NCBI RefSeq assembly: GCF_009914755.1
Contig: NC_060926.1
Origin: the human T2T-CHM13v2.0 reference genome, Homo sapiens
DNA: 64,000 bases
Strand: one strand, 5' to 3'
Numbering within the stretch: position 1 is the stretch's first letter; the number at the start of each line of letters is the position of its first letter. A program made the translations under genes and the position numbers. Under the pieces are notes generated by a model. The model saw nothing but the letters and a program-made list of their open reading frames with translations. It did no database searches and had not been told where the DNA came from. This document shows, piece by piece, positions 24,114 to 38,552 of this stretch.

Positions 24114-25560
24114 GGGAAAGTCTGCTAAGATTCATTATTAAGAAGGTAATTTTGTGTGAACAATTTGCTTTGCCAGCTAGCTTTCCAGCTAATTTCTTGC
24201 CCTTGTGTGCCCAGCCATCTTAGATGGAATCTAACATGCCAACCTTTATTGGACTCCATTACGGCCTCTCCATGCCCATTTCTGACCACAATTCCCCTGC
24301 CTGGTCACATAAAGGCTCCAAATCCCCCAATCTCTTTGTTCTATATCCTCTTTTTATAATAAGCCAGCAGATTGAAATACACTCTTAATTGGGTCTTCAT
24401 AATTCAGCATGAAGTATGCATTCTACCATCAGGCAAGAGATAGAAGCTGTGATATCTTCACAAACACCAGCTTAGTGATGGCTTGTAATATCCAGGGCAC
24501 TGGGCATGGAAAAGTCAGATACAATAATTTAGAAAACCAAGATAATTAACATTTAAATGTCCAAAGTGATAGTGAATCAGACACAAAGTGCTACAGGGCA
24601 CAGCTTGCTTAACCACAAAATTAACAACCAAAAGAGTGACCCACAGGTATCTCACGCCCTCCAGCAAACACTTTTAATTACCAGAAGCTAGTCCGCCTTT
24701 TTTTCTTCAGATTTAAAGAGAGTGAACAATGTACCCTTAAATAGTAATATATTGTTTTTTTTTTTTTAAAAAAAAGATATAGGCAAGAGAAATTAAAACG
24801 TAGCACAGACAATAATCTATTTGCAGTGAGGAAAATCTCCCAAGTAATAATTTTGGAATTCCTACTAAGTTATCTAAAGAAGGAGAAAAATTCAATTCTA
24901 TTTCTCTTTAAAAGGCTATTATTTTTAGTCCTATGGAAAACAATGAAATATACTATTAAGGCAGATAAATCTGGGTGTCCCTTGGTGATAATAGAGCCAC
25001 AGGGGGGAAAAAAAACAGGGCAAGAAAATGGGATCATTTTTCTATCCAAATTTCAAAATGGGTGGCTAAAGGGTAAGCAGTGATTATAATGCTCTGATTT
25101 TTCAGAAAAGCCTATTGAGGCAATCTTCAAAGTCGTAGGGAGTTAATCTGAGCTTTGGGCATATCATTAATAAGAAGATAAGAAGGTATCCACCAAGCAG
25201 CTTTATCTATTTATCAGGCAAGGCAATGTCTCTGGAGGCTTTACTAATACATGCACACTCCCATAGAACATATAATTTGGAATATTAGCAATCTGGTGAA
25301 GGAGTGATTAAAGGCTGCAGTCTCCAGAGTATACAGGTGTTGTCCAACTTGGCCTAGAGAGTGCTAAGGCAAATACAACATTGCCCTTGTAGGAGACCAT
25401 CTTTCCTCTACCCTGATACACATATACACAAATACACACACATGCCCCATACACACAGACACACTCTATATACAGTACACGCGATACTTACTGTGAAGAG
25501 GAAGAAGAGGCATGGGTTTTGCAGGTAGGTTCAAATGCTAGGTTTTGTGCATGGACACAT

Positions 25561-25756
25561 TATTATTATTATTATTATACTTTAAGTTCTGGGATACATG
25601 TGTAGAACATGCAGGTTTGTTACATAGGTATACACGTGCCATGGTTATTGGCTGCACCCATCAACCTGTCATCTACATTAGGTATTTCTCTTAATGCTAT
25701 CCGTCCCCTAGCCCCTCACCCCCGACAGTCCCCAGTGTGTGATGTTCCCCTCCCTG
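25561..25756 (-). mobile_element. 5'-truncated L1PA7-like 3' end
   Basis: (TTA)n tail, TATACTTTAAGTTCTGGGATACATGTG..GATGTTCCCCTCCCTG; TSD ATGGACACATT / ATGGACATATT. Confidence 0.95.
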
Positions 25757-26329
25757 ATGGACATATTTTTTAGTCCTCCCCTATCAAGCATCCCACCGCC
25801 ACCATTCCTGTAGAACACAGGAAGTTGTAAAGCCATCTGCGGCCTACCCTTGGTGCTATCTTTGCACAAGTATCTATCAGCCACAGATTAGCTGAAGGTA
25901 AAGTTTAACCTTCCTTGTAGTTAGAATGGAGGCTTAATTGGGTATGTGGGGCATAGCCTAGACTACACACACGTTAGAAAGGATGACGGCTTTCTGAGAT
26001 GAAGTGAGATCCTAGTGAATGATAAAGTCCCTGAGAAGACCTTCGCCCTTGCACCCAGGTTCTTTCCTTCTGTTTCCCCCAAATGCCTGAAATTCGATCA
26101 TTAAAATAGCTTTCTTTGAGTGGTACATTGTGCAACAAGAGGAACAATAAGGCATATTCTTAACAAGCTACCAAGTTACTCTATGAAAAAAATTTCTGTT
26201 TACAGAGGCAACAAAGACCAGGATGAGTTCAGTCAGAGCTGTGACCTGAAGGGTTCCTTATCTGCCACAAACTAGAATTAATTTTGTAATAAAAATTATT
26301 ATGAACACATTGTGTAGTAATTTTCAAAG

Positions 26330-26510
26330 TGTTCCTTGCTTTTCTTATCATACTTAATCCTCACAGCACCTTATAGGTATGGTTTTACTTATTTTGCAGG
26401 TAAAGCAAGTAAAACTCAAAGTGTAGGGGATTTGCTTTAAATAACTCAGCTTATTGATGACAAAGCCAAAAATGAGACTCAGATATTTTGATTCTTAATC
26501 TAATGTTATT
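26330..26510 (-). mobile_element. MIR
   Basis: TTAATCCTCACAGCACCTTAT..ATTTTGCAGGTAA..AAACT. Confidence 0.6.
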
Positions 26511-28934
26511 CTCAGTAATCCCAGAAATGATGATTAGGAGACTTACATTCTAGTTCTGGATCTGATTCTAGATCACTCCCTGGCTTTGGACTAATCACTT
26601 ACCCAGTCTATGATTCTTTCCATCTTGAACAAGAATAGTCTGAAGTAGACGATTACCTCATTTGATTTTTCTTTCAAATTTGCATTTAGGAACATATATC
26701 ATACCCAGAAACTGAAATCAATCCTTTCACACTCTGATTTATCTGAAGGCAGTGGGTATGTTGTAACAGGAATCAAAGACTAAAATTCAGGAGATGCAAT
26801 TTCTAGGGGAGGATGTCAGGTACTTGCAGCTCATCAGGGATTAATAATTAGTGAATATTACATTTTAAATTACCCTGGAAATTTGGAAATCATATGAGCA
26901 ATTTATTTTGGGGAGGCAATACACAATGTAAACATTTTATTTATATACTGAGTTACTAATTATAAGAATTTGAGCAAGACATTTAAAATCATATATTACT
27001 GTAAGAGACGCACAGTGAGTGAGATTCAACAATGAAAGTAATGAATAAGATCCGTGGTACAGGTATGCATAAAGTGCTTTGAGATTTCTCTGTAAGGACT
27101 TGCCAGAAATTTTAGAAAAAGAGCTAATGCTTGAATTAGATATAAAATTATCAGAAGTATTTTCAAATTAGATGTAGATGTGGAACTGGGAACCTCTAGG
27201 TAGAAGAAATAGCATATACCAATGCATGGAAAATACGTATAGCCATAGCTTAGAGCAAAGACTTAAAAACCTCAAAACGTGATTCTAGAAAAGCATGTTA
27301 GGATTTGGTTGTAAGATATTTTCTTGCTATGCAAGAGAGTTTTGTAGTTATCCTATAGGCAACAGGGAGCTAGTAGGGCTTAAAATAACACGCATTTTAC
27401 TTAAAAGCAAATAAGCTTTCCATAGAGTTCATTCTTTTGTCAACATGTCTGCAGTTTCTCAAGTCTAGGTCATGTCATCTTCTGGAAACAGAGACAGATA
27501 ATTTAACACAATGAACACTGTCAGTCGTCTCAACCATCCGGGCCTGAATAATCGAAGAATGCAAGGATTCACATATATGACTTTGAGCCCAACTGCTGAA
27601 TTTCCCTCGACAGTTATTTTGTCAATAAGAAAATAGTGCAAATATGACCAATGAGAGGGAAAATAATCAGTAACACAATTAAGGAGATAATTTTTAGGAA
27701 ATGAAGGAAATGCCAAACATGAAAGTGTTGAAAAAATTTTAGGAATTAGGGATTCTCAAGGATTGGTTTTACTGACTTATTGTCAATTTGTAATACTCTA
27801 AATAATAGACAAAATCAAATCTACAACACAGAGTAGAAATCGTTTGGTGACTCAGTGCCTTCGGTATCAGAGATTTAAAGTCCTTGGAATTTTATTTTTA
27901 GAAGACTGAAGACCAGGCAGCCTCAGAAATGGCCAATTATAAATGGAAGAGTGTAGAATTGAATCATTCTCCAGGAAAAAGAATTTGATCTCTCTAGAGT
28001 CAGGCAATTCTCTATTGAGTCACCCCTTGCATCAGAGGCTCTATAAACAGCTCTGGAACTTTCTTCATGCAGTGGCCATTGGCTCCTGCTAAAAGAGTCC
28101 TCCACTCCCTCTGGATCCATAGAGGAATGACTAAATGAGTCATTTTAATTTTAAAATGAGTGCCAATATTTCAGCTTGAAGTCATAACCATGTGTAAAGT
28201 ATGGGGGGGCAGAATTCTATTATTCTATTGATTTCTTACATCCTTCCTGAGGCTTAGCAATTTAAGAATTTTCAATTGTCTTGTAAGGTCATACTCCTGG
28301 AGGGTGCAAAAGACACCAGGGAATCCATGAATGGTGCAAGGATCTAGAGCAGGCAAGGACCATGAAGGTGGGAAGATGCAGGAGGGTTGGGAATCACTCA
28401 CACTTCAGCACTACCATATGCTCCCCTTTCTAGATGAAGAATGAATCATAAAAAACAGTGTGACTGACCCAGGTTCTCTCTCTAACTGCAGCTAGTCTCT
28501 TGCCAATTCTTCCCATGCTAATTTCTTGAAAGGTCTTCTACCCTCTTTCCAGTTTCCCCTCCTTCCACTCACTGCTCAGTGTACCTTGCAAGGTTACAGA
28601 TGATCTTCATATTGCTAAAGCCAATAAACTTTTAACATTCCTTATCTTACTGGACCTTCTTGTACCACTTGATATTATGCCTTCCTCTTTTTGATTTATG
28701 ATAATCATAATAATAGAATTATAGCTAATATTATAATTAAATATTTACCAGGAAGTATGCTACTAAATATGCATTAACACTCCTCTTTTTGTTCAGAAAT
28801 GCAAATTTGTCAAATTTCTTGGTCAACAGGCTAGGGCACGTATATTCTATGGTGGGAGTTCAGTGAAGAGTCCATATGGGGCTTTGTATACCTGGGGACC
28901 CCCTCAGTTTCCCAGAGATCCTGTTAAAGAGTAC

Positions 28935-29305
28935 TGAGATGGTTTGTCTGTGTCCCCACCCAGATGTCATCTTGAACTGTAGCTCCCATAACCCCAGTGT
29001 GTGGTGGGAGGAAACCAGTGAGAGGTAATTGAATCATGGGGGCAGGTCTTTCCCGTGCTGTTCTCATGACAGTGAATAAAAGTCTCATGAGATCTGATGG
29101 TTTTATAAAGGGCAGTTGTTCCCCTGCACACATTCTCTTGCCTGTTGCCATGTAAGACACGCCTTGACTCCTTCACCTTCTGCCATGATTGTGAGGCCTC
29201 GCCAGCCATGTGGAACTGTGAGTCTATGAAACCTCCTTTTCTTTATAAATTACTCAGTCTCAGGTATTTCTTCATAGCGAACGGATTTCAAGTTAGACTA
29301 ACACA
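28935..29305 (+). mobile_element. THE1C/D-like solo LTR
   Basis: TGAGATGGTTTG..TGTCCCCACCCA...GACTAACACA; TSD AGTAC / GGTAC. Confidence 0.95.
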
Positions 29306-30329
29306 GGTACCACTGATCCCACACCCTGCCTGCTGATACTGAGGCTCTGATCTTACTCCTTGCAGGATGGCATTGGGTAGATGGAAGAGACCCCCAGTAA
29401 AGTCCTTGGAGAAATAGGGACTAACTTATCAGGCAATAAAGGACACAGGAATGCTGTGAAACACCCATGGCCTCAGACTTATGTGGTATCTGCCTGTCTT
29501 CCTCCCCCATTCTGCTTCTCTGTTTGATGATCTTTGCTCTGAGTTCCTGTGACTACACAAAGAACAGGGGAAGCTAAGACCATAATGGCAACAGTTTCCA
29601 TGAAACTTCACTTGCATTCCAGGGAGCGAGTGCCATACAGATAGTCCCAGGGTGAATCGACAGGGCATAAAGAAAACAGAAATGGATCATGTTTGTTGAT
29701 GTTGAGTGGCCACCAACAGAAAAGAATGTATTAATTGATACAGCATAACAAATGACTATGTTCTTTGGTCTGGTACAGACACACAGCCAGAGCCCCAAAC
29801 CTAGGAGACCATCCTGAAACCACATACAGTTCCCCACATGCTCTGGGGCATCCCTGTGTCATTAAGGTGGTTTCTTTGTAGTTTTTATTAGCATGGATAA
29901 TAACTCACTCATGTGTTTCTTATATCCTTTATGCAATCTGTTTCATGTTTTCTCTGACTTGGTCTCTAAAGGTATTTAGTGAAAATATCTTCAAGTCCAA
30001 CCGAAATAGAATTTCATCAGATTTATTTCTATTTATTTAAGGATATTAGTTATCCAGAATAGTAATATATTCCCTCTCTACATTCATGTATCAATATGAC
30101 CATATTATTTTTTCTTCAATTTTTTATTTATAGCAGAAAAACAATGAGTTCAAGAAAACTAACTTTGCTTAAAGTACCATAAGTCTTTCTTTCTCCTGGC
30201 TCTTGAAATGTCTATTTTCCAAGATTACCCTTTGAGGAGTCTACATCCTGCTCAGTACAAGTGTGGTGCAATAAGCTAAGGTCTCAAAATGGTCAACATG
30301 GATAAATAAGCACTTTCTTGTTTGATCAT

Positions 30330-30545
30330 CTCTAGTGTGTTATGCCTGGATCTATAAATTTCACGTGGTTTATCTCATTGAATCTTCACACTATGTGAGG
30401 TTAATATTATCACGCCTATTTTATAAATAAGAAAACTGAGCTCAGAGAAATTAAAATTTCTAAGACCATGCAGATTATAAGAGGTAGAATCAGGGTTTAC
30501 ACTCATGTATATTTTACTCTGAAGCTTTTGTCCTTTATTCTGTAT
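30330..30545 (-). mobile_element. MIR
   Basis: ATTTTATAAATAAGAAAACTGAGCTCAGAGAAATTAA. Confidence 0.8.
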
Positions 30546-31007
30546 GAGGCTGTCTCTGCCTTCCTATCTATCTCCATTGCTGATATATGAGTTTAGGACC
30601 TCATGGTTCAGCTGGAGGGCAGGGGGATGGATGCTTCGTGAATTAGGCACAAACAAAAAGATAATTATTAGCTGGGCAGAACACCCCATGTGGTATTCTG
30701 CATGGTAAAATAATCCAAGTGAGTAGTAGTACTGAGAAACACGGGAGGGCTTTGGGAAGTGGGTGGGCAAGGAGTTAGTTAGGAGGGTTGAACAGAACCT
30801 ATTGAACCTAGCTGTTTCCTTTGTGATCAGTATATGATTATTAAATGAGTTAATAAAAGAATGATTACAGAGAGATACCTGATCATGATCATTGGGTATT
30901 TACCAAATTCTTGAGCTTTGTAAAAAACATTGCAGGCTTACCCTCAAATCTGAATGAAAAATATGACAATGGTGTTAAAAAAAAGTAGCCCTAGGATTAT
31001 CATTTGC

Positions 31008-31178
31008 ACTAGTTCTTAAACTTGGCTGCCTTTTGGAATTATCTAGGCTGTTTCAAACAGATTTTCAGACCAGGCCTTAATCTATTCCAATTATATAGAA
31101 ATCTCTGGTGGGACCCAAACACCAGTAATTTTTAAAGTACTCTAGGTGATTCCAATATGGAACCAACTTTGAGATTGT
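31008..31178. mobile_element. MER5A
   Basis: GTTCTTAAACTTGGCTGC..GGAATTATCT..AGGTGATTCCAATATG..CAACTTTGAGA. Confidence 0.75.
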
Positions 31179-31306
31179 AATAGATGTCTGTCTTTCACCA
31201 TAGCGCATGGTATGGAGTGTCCTGTGGTAAGGGCTATAACCTCATATTGGATAGAGACTTGTTTGGGGATCTGAAAACTAAAGAATTTGGACAAAGTTGA
31301 CTTTTA

Positions 31307-31681
<375 letters not shown>

Positions 31682-31914
31682 TTATTTTCAAATACATTTG
31701 GAAAATACTGGGTTAACCACACAGGTGTCCTTTTTTTTTTTTTCCTATTGCTATTTTGTTATTGTTTTTAACTTAGACCATTTCAGAGCCTTTAAAATTC
31801 GTACATGCACTGTAACTATCAAAAAGAGAGTCTAGTATGTATAGCTTTCTAAATGCATTCACTATATGTATTTGAACTAGTGTTTCGTGAATAACAACAA
31901 AAAGATTAATAAAA

Positions 31915-32135
31915 CCAATCACAGCTTATTGAGGTCTAGGTAGTCTATGAGTTACTTTAAATATATTACATTGTTTAGTTTGAGCCACAGAACAATAGTA
32001 TGATTATATCTTACCATACCTATTTTATGGATGAAGAAATTGATGTTTTAGTGGTTCAGTAATTTGCTCAAGTTTACACAATAATTGACAAAGCTGGAAT
32101 TCAAATTAGATATTATAATTCTTGGTCCTATAACA
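31915..32135 (-). mobile_element. MIR
   Basis: CCTATTTTATGGATGAAGAAATTGA..GTAATTTGCTCAAG..GCTGGAATTCAAA. Confidence 0.75.
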
Positions 32136-34152
32136 TTTCTTTGTATTAAAAGTGTCTATAAATATTTTCTGTAAAGTCCTCCGCACAATAGATTTGGCCT
32201 AACAAGCAATTATTATACTCTAGCAATACTGACCATTTTCAAGTAATTTTCATTCTTTTAGGCACTGCAATGTTGGAGTGAAATTTTCCCATGAAAAACT
32301 CTCTGGATTGTGCTTATTGGACTAAATATACTTTATGTGCATTGCAGAATAATTGCCCACAATCACCTTGAGCCCAGTTTTCACGCCCCTAAGGAACCCA
32401 CCACTCCTACCCATGCCTCACATGGCTTACATCCCTTCTCCTGCCTCTCAGAGCTCTTAAGTTCTTAGGTGATGTCTTCAAACAAACAAGCTCTTGTGGC
32501 ACTGACTTTTTTTCAATGATTGACTGTGCAGGGTACCATGGGAATATGCATGAAAGCTTAATTATATTTCCTGCCTCGCTGAGTGAATGTTGGATAGAAA
32601 GATGGCTCTGCTCCGCCTGTAGTGTAAAACATCACAGAGATCAGATCGGTTCCCCAGTATTTGCACATGGCTGATAATCAGCTCTCCACATAAACAGGCA
32701 GACAGATGAAGTCAGTTATCTGAAAAGGTGTCCATGTCCTGTTAGCATCTGTAGCTGTCTTGACTTTACACTCTCATTGCAAACTCAACAGCAGGCTGAG
32801 CAAGCCAGAGCCTCTCCAGATCAGGACAAGTCAGTGGTGTCACCTGGAAATAGTCAATACAACACTTCATTATTCTGGAATCACAAGAGAATCAATTCCC
32901 ACCATGAGCATCTTTGTCAGATAACTTATGCTTTTAAGTACCCGAGCATTAAGCACATTCATATTTTTCAGATCAAAAACCTCAATATGCACAAAATGCT
33001 TTCCTGATGCAGCACTTGTTTACTGAGCACTAACTAACTGTGTTCCAATGACAACTACCGAAGACAAAAATAAAGATTAAAAAAATAGATGTTACGTGAA
33101 CACTCAAGAGTATTTCCTTTGGATAAAGCACAGATGTTAATTCACAGACGTCAGTGTTACAACCATTCCGACTGTTCCAAAGAGCTTTGTCTTTTCTCTC
33201 TGATTCTTGGCTCTGGTGCTGATAGGTTAGGCTGTTGGAGAAGTGACCCCAAGATAGAAGAGTTGTTTTTGTAAATACACTGCCATGATCATTCCTTAGG
33301 AGCCAACCATATGCATAGCACACTTTAGTCACTGGTAATCCTACATTAAATGAAACAAAATGCCTTTCCTTTTAGCAGGAGAGACACAGCTAATCAAATC
33401 CTAGATAAAGCTTATGCAGAGGGCAGTGGGAACATCAGAACTACATCTACATTCAAATAGTCATATGTTTATTCAATTTCCAGGTATTCTGCAGGGGCAG
33501 AATGGTACACTGCAAGTGGAATCAAATTAAGAGAGGTCCACAGAACCCTCTGATATGCTCCTACTTCAATTAGTGAAACTTCTTCTATCTCAGAAGGAAC
33601 TGACATCATTTCTATTCAGTTGTATGTTCACCAGCCTCCTTAATGCAGCGCCAGGGATTAAATGTTTCCCAATAGACAATGCAGGTGTCACTTCTGAGAA
33701 ACGTGCACACTCTGTTAACACTAAAGGTGGCAGCCAATTCTGGAACTATAATTGGAGCTATTTTTCTCCATTCCAGTTGCACGATTTCTCTTTCTCTTCA
33801 GTGATTTTCCTAACTTTATAAGTGAATACAAAGGCTCAGCTTCATGCTGCAGCAATGATATTTGCTTAATCCATTTAGCCATCTGTAAAGCAGGGGTAAT
33901 ACACTCTATCAATCAGCTCATCAGTTATGTGTGTCTTTGTGTGAGTGCACCAGCATAATGCAGATATTACATCCAATGAAGCCCACCCGAAAGCATATTT
34001 GTGTTTACTTAAAGATTTAAATAATACAGGGCAAAAGTGTGGCTTTTGAGTCTAGTCTAACTCTCAAAGCTAGATAGTCTCATTGCCCGTTTTGCACATA
34101 ACTGTGGTCATTGGTCTTTAATTTTTATTCTAGCTTTATGATGACATATGCT

Positions 34153-34421
34153 TAATCCCAGCACTTTGGGAGGCCGAAGCAGGTGGATCACCTGAGGTCA
34201 GGAGTTTGAGACCAGCCTGACCAAAATGGAGAAATCCCATCTCTACTAAAAATACAAAATTAGCTGGGGGTGGTGGTGCATTCCTGTAATCCCAGTTACT
34301 CGGGAGGCTGAGGCAGGAGAATCACTTGAACCCAGTAATTCCGTGGGCCGTGAGCTGAGATCACGCCATTGCACTCCAGTCCAGGCAACAAGAGTGAAAC
34401 TCCATCTCGAAAGAAAGAAAA
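34153..34421 (+). mobile_element. AluSp-like, ~25 nt 5'-truncated
   Basis: Diagnostics CCTGACCAA.ATGGAGAAA, AATACAAAATTAG, GCAACAAGAGTGAAACTCC. Confidence 0.95.
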
Positions 34422-35194
34422 GTGTTATACTATATGCAATTCTAGAATTTGCTTTAGCCAAATTCAAATTCTGTGTAGTGTTAACTCATTTGTTTTTCAG
34501 TAAGTTCTTTATTAACAGCCAAATCCCTTGATTATGGCACTTCTGTGAACTTCCTTGATAATCTTACTTACAAGTCACATAATGCCTGAACACATTTCTC
34601 TGAAATGTTGTTGAGATAAAAGAGTTGACCGTGACGGTAATTAACTTCTAAATAAATATTAAAATGAGAGGGCATTGTAAATACCCCCAGTGCAACGGTT
34701 ACATGACTGAGTTTTTAGGACGTTAGGCAGCCAGTCTGTCACCATCTGAGCTGAGGGTAGCTCTGCCACTGATTTTGGAAGATGTTCCTTTATACTATTT
34801 AGCCTATTTAGCCTCTTCTTTTAGTTCTCGGTTTTAGCTAAAACACATATTTTATAGCTTGCCTCTCACACATTTGGCCACTTCCCCATATGCTCTCCTG
34901 TCCAATTCTCCACAGCTTACATGCATATCTAAATTCTCCCTAGGTAGGGACTAAATTGAATGCTTTCCTTTTCCCACCTCCCACCCCATCGTGGTGGATC
35001 CTTGCACACAGCCGGCTGAAAATCCAATTGGTGCTCCACATGTCCGTGTTGAATTGAGGTTCATTTGCTCACAAGATATTCATCTCAAATCTGTCAAACA
35101 AAAACTGTGAAAGTGCCGTGTGATTGGCTGAGGCTGTCTGTGCCATAGGAAAGCAGAAATCACACCAGCACAAGTGCCAAGTCTGGCAACCGAC

Positions 35195-35400
35195 TGACAG
35201 GGTTGAAATACTAGCTCCGACACAGATTAGAAGTAACTTTGGACAGGTTACTTAAAATCCCTAAGCCTTAATTTCCTCACATGTGACATGTGGAGCACAC
35301 AGCACTTTTGTGACAGAGACATTGCAATTATTAAATGGCATAACACAAGTAAAGTGCTTCACCTAGGGCTTAGCAAGTGGTCAACCATTGGCAGCTATTA
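35195..35400 (+). mobile_element. MIR
   Basis: TTGGACAGGTTACTTAA..CTAAGCCTTAATTTCCTCAC..GTAAAGTGCTT. Confidence 0.75.
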
Positions 35401-36370
35401 CAAATTTTATTAGGAGTTCAGATGAAACATCTCTGAGTTATGGTGCTTTGGGGAAGATTCCTGCAAATGGCAAATAGGGAGCAGCGTCAGGAACCAAGAT
35501 GTACCTGCATATTTTGACGTTTTAAAAATGGTAACAGCAGTAAAAGTGATGTGGCTGGAGCTGGATTCTCAAGGGAATCTTGTCTTTAGCTCTGGGGGTA
35601 ATGAACTGCTGTTTCTCTCTGCCCCTCCCCATAACCTGCACCCATCTCTTGGAGGACAGGTGCAGCAGTGGATGACCAGCACTGCACCCTGCCTGTTGTT
35701 ACTTTTGTTACCCCTGTGTCAGTGGGTGGCTCAAGAATCCTAAAACCCTGTTGGAAGAGGAAGTCAACTCAAAAACTTTATGAACTGGGCAAGTACAAGA
35801 AACATGAGCATACATGAGGTCAAAATGCAGAGTAAAGGCAACTAAAATATAAAAAGATGAGATCCAGGAGTAACAAGGCAGATGGAGTGAAAACTTCCTG
35901 GATGCATTGTGGAAATGACGGCATGCAATGACAGTTTGATGCTGCCTTGTTCCTAGGTATGGGTGGTGGGGGATAGATCAAGAGTATGTAAAAGGGTAGA
36001 CCTTAGTCTGCACCTTTGAACCTCTCTGACCTCACAGGTCAGGCAATTTAAGAGTAATCTGCTTGTGAAACTTTAATCAGCTTAAATGGTGTGTGTGTGT
36101 GGTTTATTTGAACATTGTGATGCTGAATATCAGACAAATAGAATTGGCAAGAGGTCACAGGGCCTCCTCTGTCTTGTTGAATAATTGCTTAATTAAGCCA
36201 AAGTAGGATATGCTGGAACAAATAAACACGTAGATATTTCACTGGGCATTCACTGGGCAATGTAGCATGCAGAGGAAGGGGAACACTGTGGCGGAGAGAC
36301 CTCCGTGCTGTCTGAGAGGTTGTCCCAGCTTTAGTTCTGGCACTGTCATTCATCACTGTGCAGTACAGAG

Positions 36371-36572
36371 CAGTGGCTCTCAAAGGGTGGTTCTGAACCA
36401 GCAGCATTAGCATCACTGGAAATTGTGTTAGAAATACTAATTAAAAAAAAAAAAACAAAACAAAAAACCCTAAACCTCCCAATTAAGCATGCTGGGGTGG
36501 GGCCCGGAAAAATGTTTGAACGAATAAATTCTCCATGTGATTCTGATGCTCACTGAAGTTTGAGAACCACAC
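36371..36572. mobile_element. MER5A with internal A-tract
   Basis: CAGTGGCTCTCAAAG..CAGCAGCATTAGCATCAC..GTGATTCTGATGCTCACTGAAGTTTGAGAACCAC; inverted ends. Confidence 0.9.
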
Positions 36573-37915
36573 TAAAGTGTTGAGAATTGAGGAGTCTGCA
36601 CTCATGTTCTTTGTATTTGCACTGCATATACAGGTCATTGCGTGTTCTATCAATGTGAAATCAAAGAGCTCCTTAGAGTCAGAATTTTGCAGCCACAAAT
36701 AGACACATCTTTTGTTATCTATTCCCTGGCTTTTGATGTCCCTCCACTATAGCTAGAGCTTAAAAAAAAAAAAAAAAAGTGACTTGTTACCAGGGCTCTG
36801 AATGGGTTCTGTGGGAAACATTCTCAGGTTTTGTAGAGCACCTTGTGCCTTTCCTTAGAGAGAACAATGATGCCAATTTTGGGGGTTGCTGTGATTAGCT
36901 AGAGGCAGCGGCTGCCAGTTATAAGACTGAGCGGCTTTCTTAGCTCTCTGAAAAGTAGGAGAAATTATCAAGGAGCTATTTTCAAAGCTCATCATAAAAA
37001 TTCAGCCAATGGTTGCTACTTCTCCATCTAAGTCACACATTTATATTCTAGTCATTGGGTCTTGGATTAATCCAGATTGTAGGCTAAGGACTGTAAATAT
37101 CCTCTGCAGTGAAATGTGTCTGTTGGGTCATGGAGGACCCAACTTTTTTCAGAAGGAAGTCAGACTGCACATTTAATACTACAGCTTTCTTCTGTCTCTG
37201 CCTGGGATTTATTTCTCATCCATTTTCCAATCTTGTTTCTCTAAATTCAAATAGTTTCTCAGTTCAAACCTACAATTGTTATGTGCAATCATTTATAATT
37301 TTTCATTTTTCTGTCTCTTATGCCATAGACACCCCACCCCTATTTTCCTTTCTGCCATTTCATTTAATCTTCTTTATAATTTATTTTGGAAATGTGCTCT
37401 TTGTGATAACTTTATATGGGATGTCATTTCTGTGATGATAGTAGGCCAATAATTCAGAAAATATTATTTCTGCACCTCTTTGCCTACCCCCAGGAATTGC
37501 TTGTAAATAATGTTGATTAATTTGCAATCAGCACTTTTTAAAGCAGCATTCCATCTACAGCATAAAAATGCAATTTTAGATCTTATTGCACTGACACCCA
37601 TTCTCAAAGAATAAAATGTACTTAAAACTAAATGATGGAGGTGCCTTTTCAATGATGTAGAAGTTTTATTTTCAGGTCCTCTATAATTTTTTTTTATGGT
37701 CTGCTCACTTCATCCTTCAATAGCTCCAAATAACCTTGTGCAATATATATGGTAAACTAGTCCATTGAATTCTATACAAATAATTAAAACTTATCCATTC
37801 TTCAAGCTCTTATGTAGCACGGACTGAAAGATTAAGAGTTGCAGGATCAAGAGTCCTGGACAAGAAATAAGGGATTAAGGGTCTTTCCTGTCTCCTTCTC
37901 TTTCTTTTCCCTTCC

Positions 37916-38209
<294 letters not shown>

Positions 38210-38279
38210 TCCTCCCTTTCTTTATCTCTTTCTGTATAACTCTTTGTTTCCTCTCTTTGTACTTTCGTAGAAACCAGTG

Positions 38280-38552
38280 TTATTTATTTATTTTTATTGT
38301 ATATATTTGAGTTATGCAACATGATGTTTCGGTATACATATGCATAGTGAAATTGAAATGATTACAACATTCAAGAAAATTAACAATCCATTTATTCATG
38401 TAATTGCTTTTTTCTCTTTTCTTTCTTTTTTGTGTGGTAAAAACCCTTGAAACCTACTCTCTCAACAAATTTCCAGCACACAGTACAATATTGTTAACTA
38501 TAGTCCTCACACTGTGTATTAATTAGATCTCTGGATTTATCCATCCTACATA
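38280..38552 (-). mobile_element. L1MA 3' end
   Basis: TTATTGTATATATTT..CAACATGATGTTT..TTAACTATAGTCCTCA..TTAGATCTCT..CATCCTACATA. Confidence 0.85.

Noticed and set aside
33718-33736. CTCF-like CACTAAAGGTGGCAGC
   Set aside because: Core spacing departs from the consensus
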